From Takakia lepidozioides (taxonomy: Eukaryota > Plantae > Bryophyta): a DNA stretch of 64,000 bases. This document shows, piece after piece, positions 63,601-64,000 of this stretch. Within the stretch, counting starts at the first letter, position 1. Every line of letters begins with the position of its first letter. The DNA is taken from NCBI GenBank assembly GCA_030704615.1, contig CM060733.1, positions 23,374,001-23,438,000 of the forward strand. The letters run 5' to 3'. Made by a program: the position numbers and the translations under genes. Below the pieces are notes generated by a model. It did no database searches. It saw only the letters and a program-made list of their open reading frames with translations, and was not told the DNA's origin.

Positions 63601-64000
63601 TTAGCATGCCCGATGGCATCAAAGATCTCCTCTGGTGTTGGCATGGCATACTTATCGGACTTGGTCTGACGATTTACAGGCCGGTAATCACCGCACATAC
63701 GTCTCTCCGTCCAATTGCCATAGACATCCTTCTTGGCTGGCATCACTGTGGCTGAAGCATACTCTCCACCAGAGAGCTCCACCAAACCTGCCTCCCAGAG
63801 ATCTTGAGTCCTCATCTGAATCAAAGACCTCTCCATGTCACTGTATCTATAGGGTCTCCGAAAGATTGGCGTGTCAGTGGCCAACTCAATACGGATCTCT
63901 TGACCCTCAGTGCTCCCAGTCCCTTCAAACTGAAGGCAAAGCAATTCCTGTAAGCCCTCAGGAACCGCCGTATACGTCGTCTCTCTCCTCCGGTGACAAT
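60646..64000 (-). mobile_element. Ty3/Gypsy copy 3 (RT-RH-IN-PHD-partial LTR); continues right of the window
   Basis: RT ORF 63944-63312 (MCGDYRPVN, YIDD), RH 63146-62658, IN (RHAHEELGHFGVRRT..VARCMVC). Last bases match 21392-21430 of the DNMT-bearing copy. Confidence 0.92.

Overview
Repeat-rich nuclear DNA from an intron-containing plant, probably a non-seed plant such as a moss. This lineage call is an inference from gene and repeat style. Host genes: the 5' part of LKR/SDH (minus), TL29/APX4 (minus), and two ~28-kb-spaced paralogues of a G-type lectin S-domain receptor kinase (plus). Gene fragments: GDSL lipase, AAE3-like ligase, PPR-DYW. Most other sequence is transposon-derived. The main finding is a Ty3/Gypsy LTR-retrotransposon family with three copies here. 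The 20-26.5 kb copy carries a complete, unpermuted DNMT3-like C5 cytosine methyltransferase domain between protease and RT. The two copies at 56.7-64 kb carry a PHD finger at the integrase C-terminus. The composite architecture is Gag-PR-DNMT-RT-RH-IN-PHD. Also notable: a Dualen/RandI-like LINE with both APE and RLE endonucleases plus a chromodomain-like segment, a Pack-type PIF/Harbinger element carrying intron-containing TGA-bZIP and RFC4 fragments, hAT MITEs with 8-bp TSDs, a ~750-bp GGG-terminated MITE family with 4-bp TSDs, and tRNA-derived SINEs. All alignments and family assignments were made by eye; no database search was run. Sequence around the 500-N gap (57-63 kb) looks unpolished and possibly falsely duplicated.
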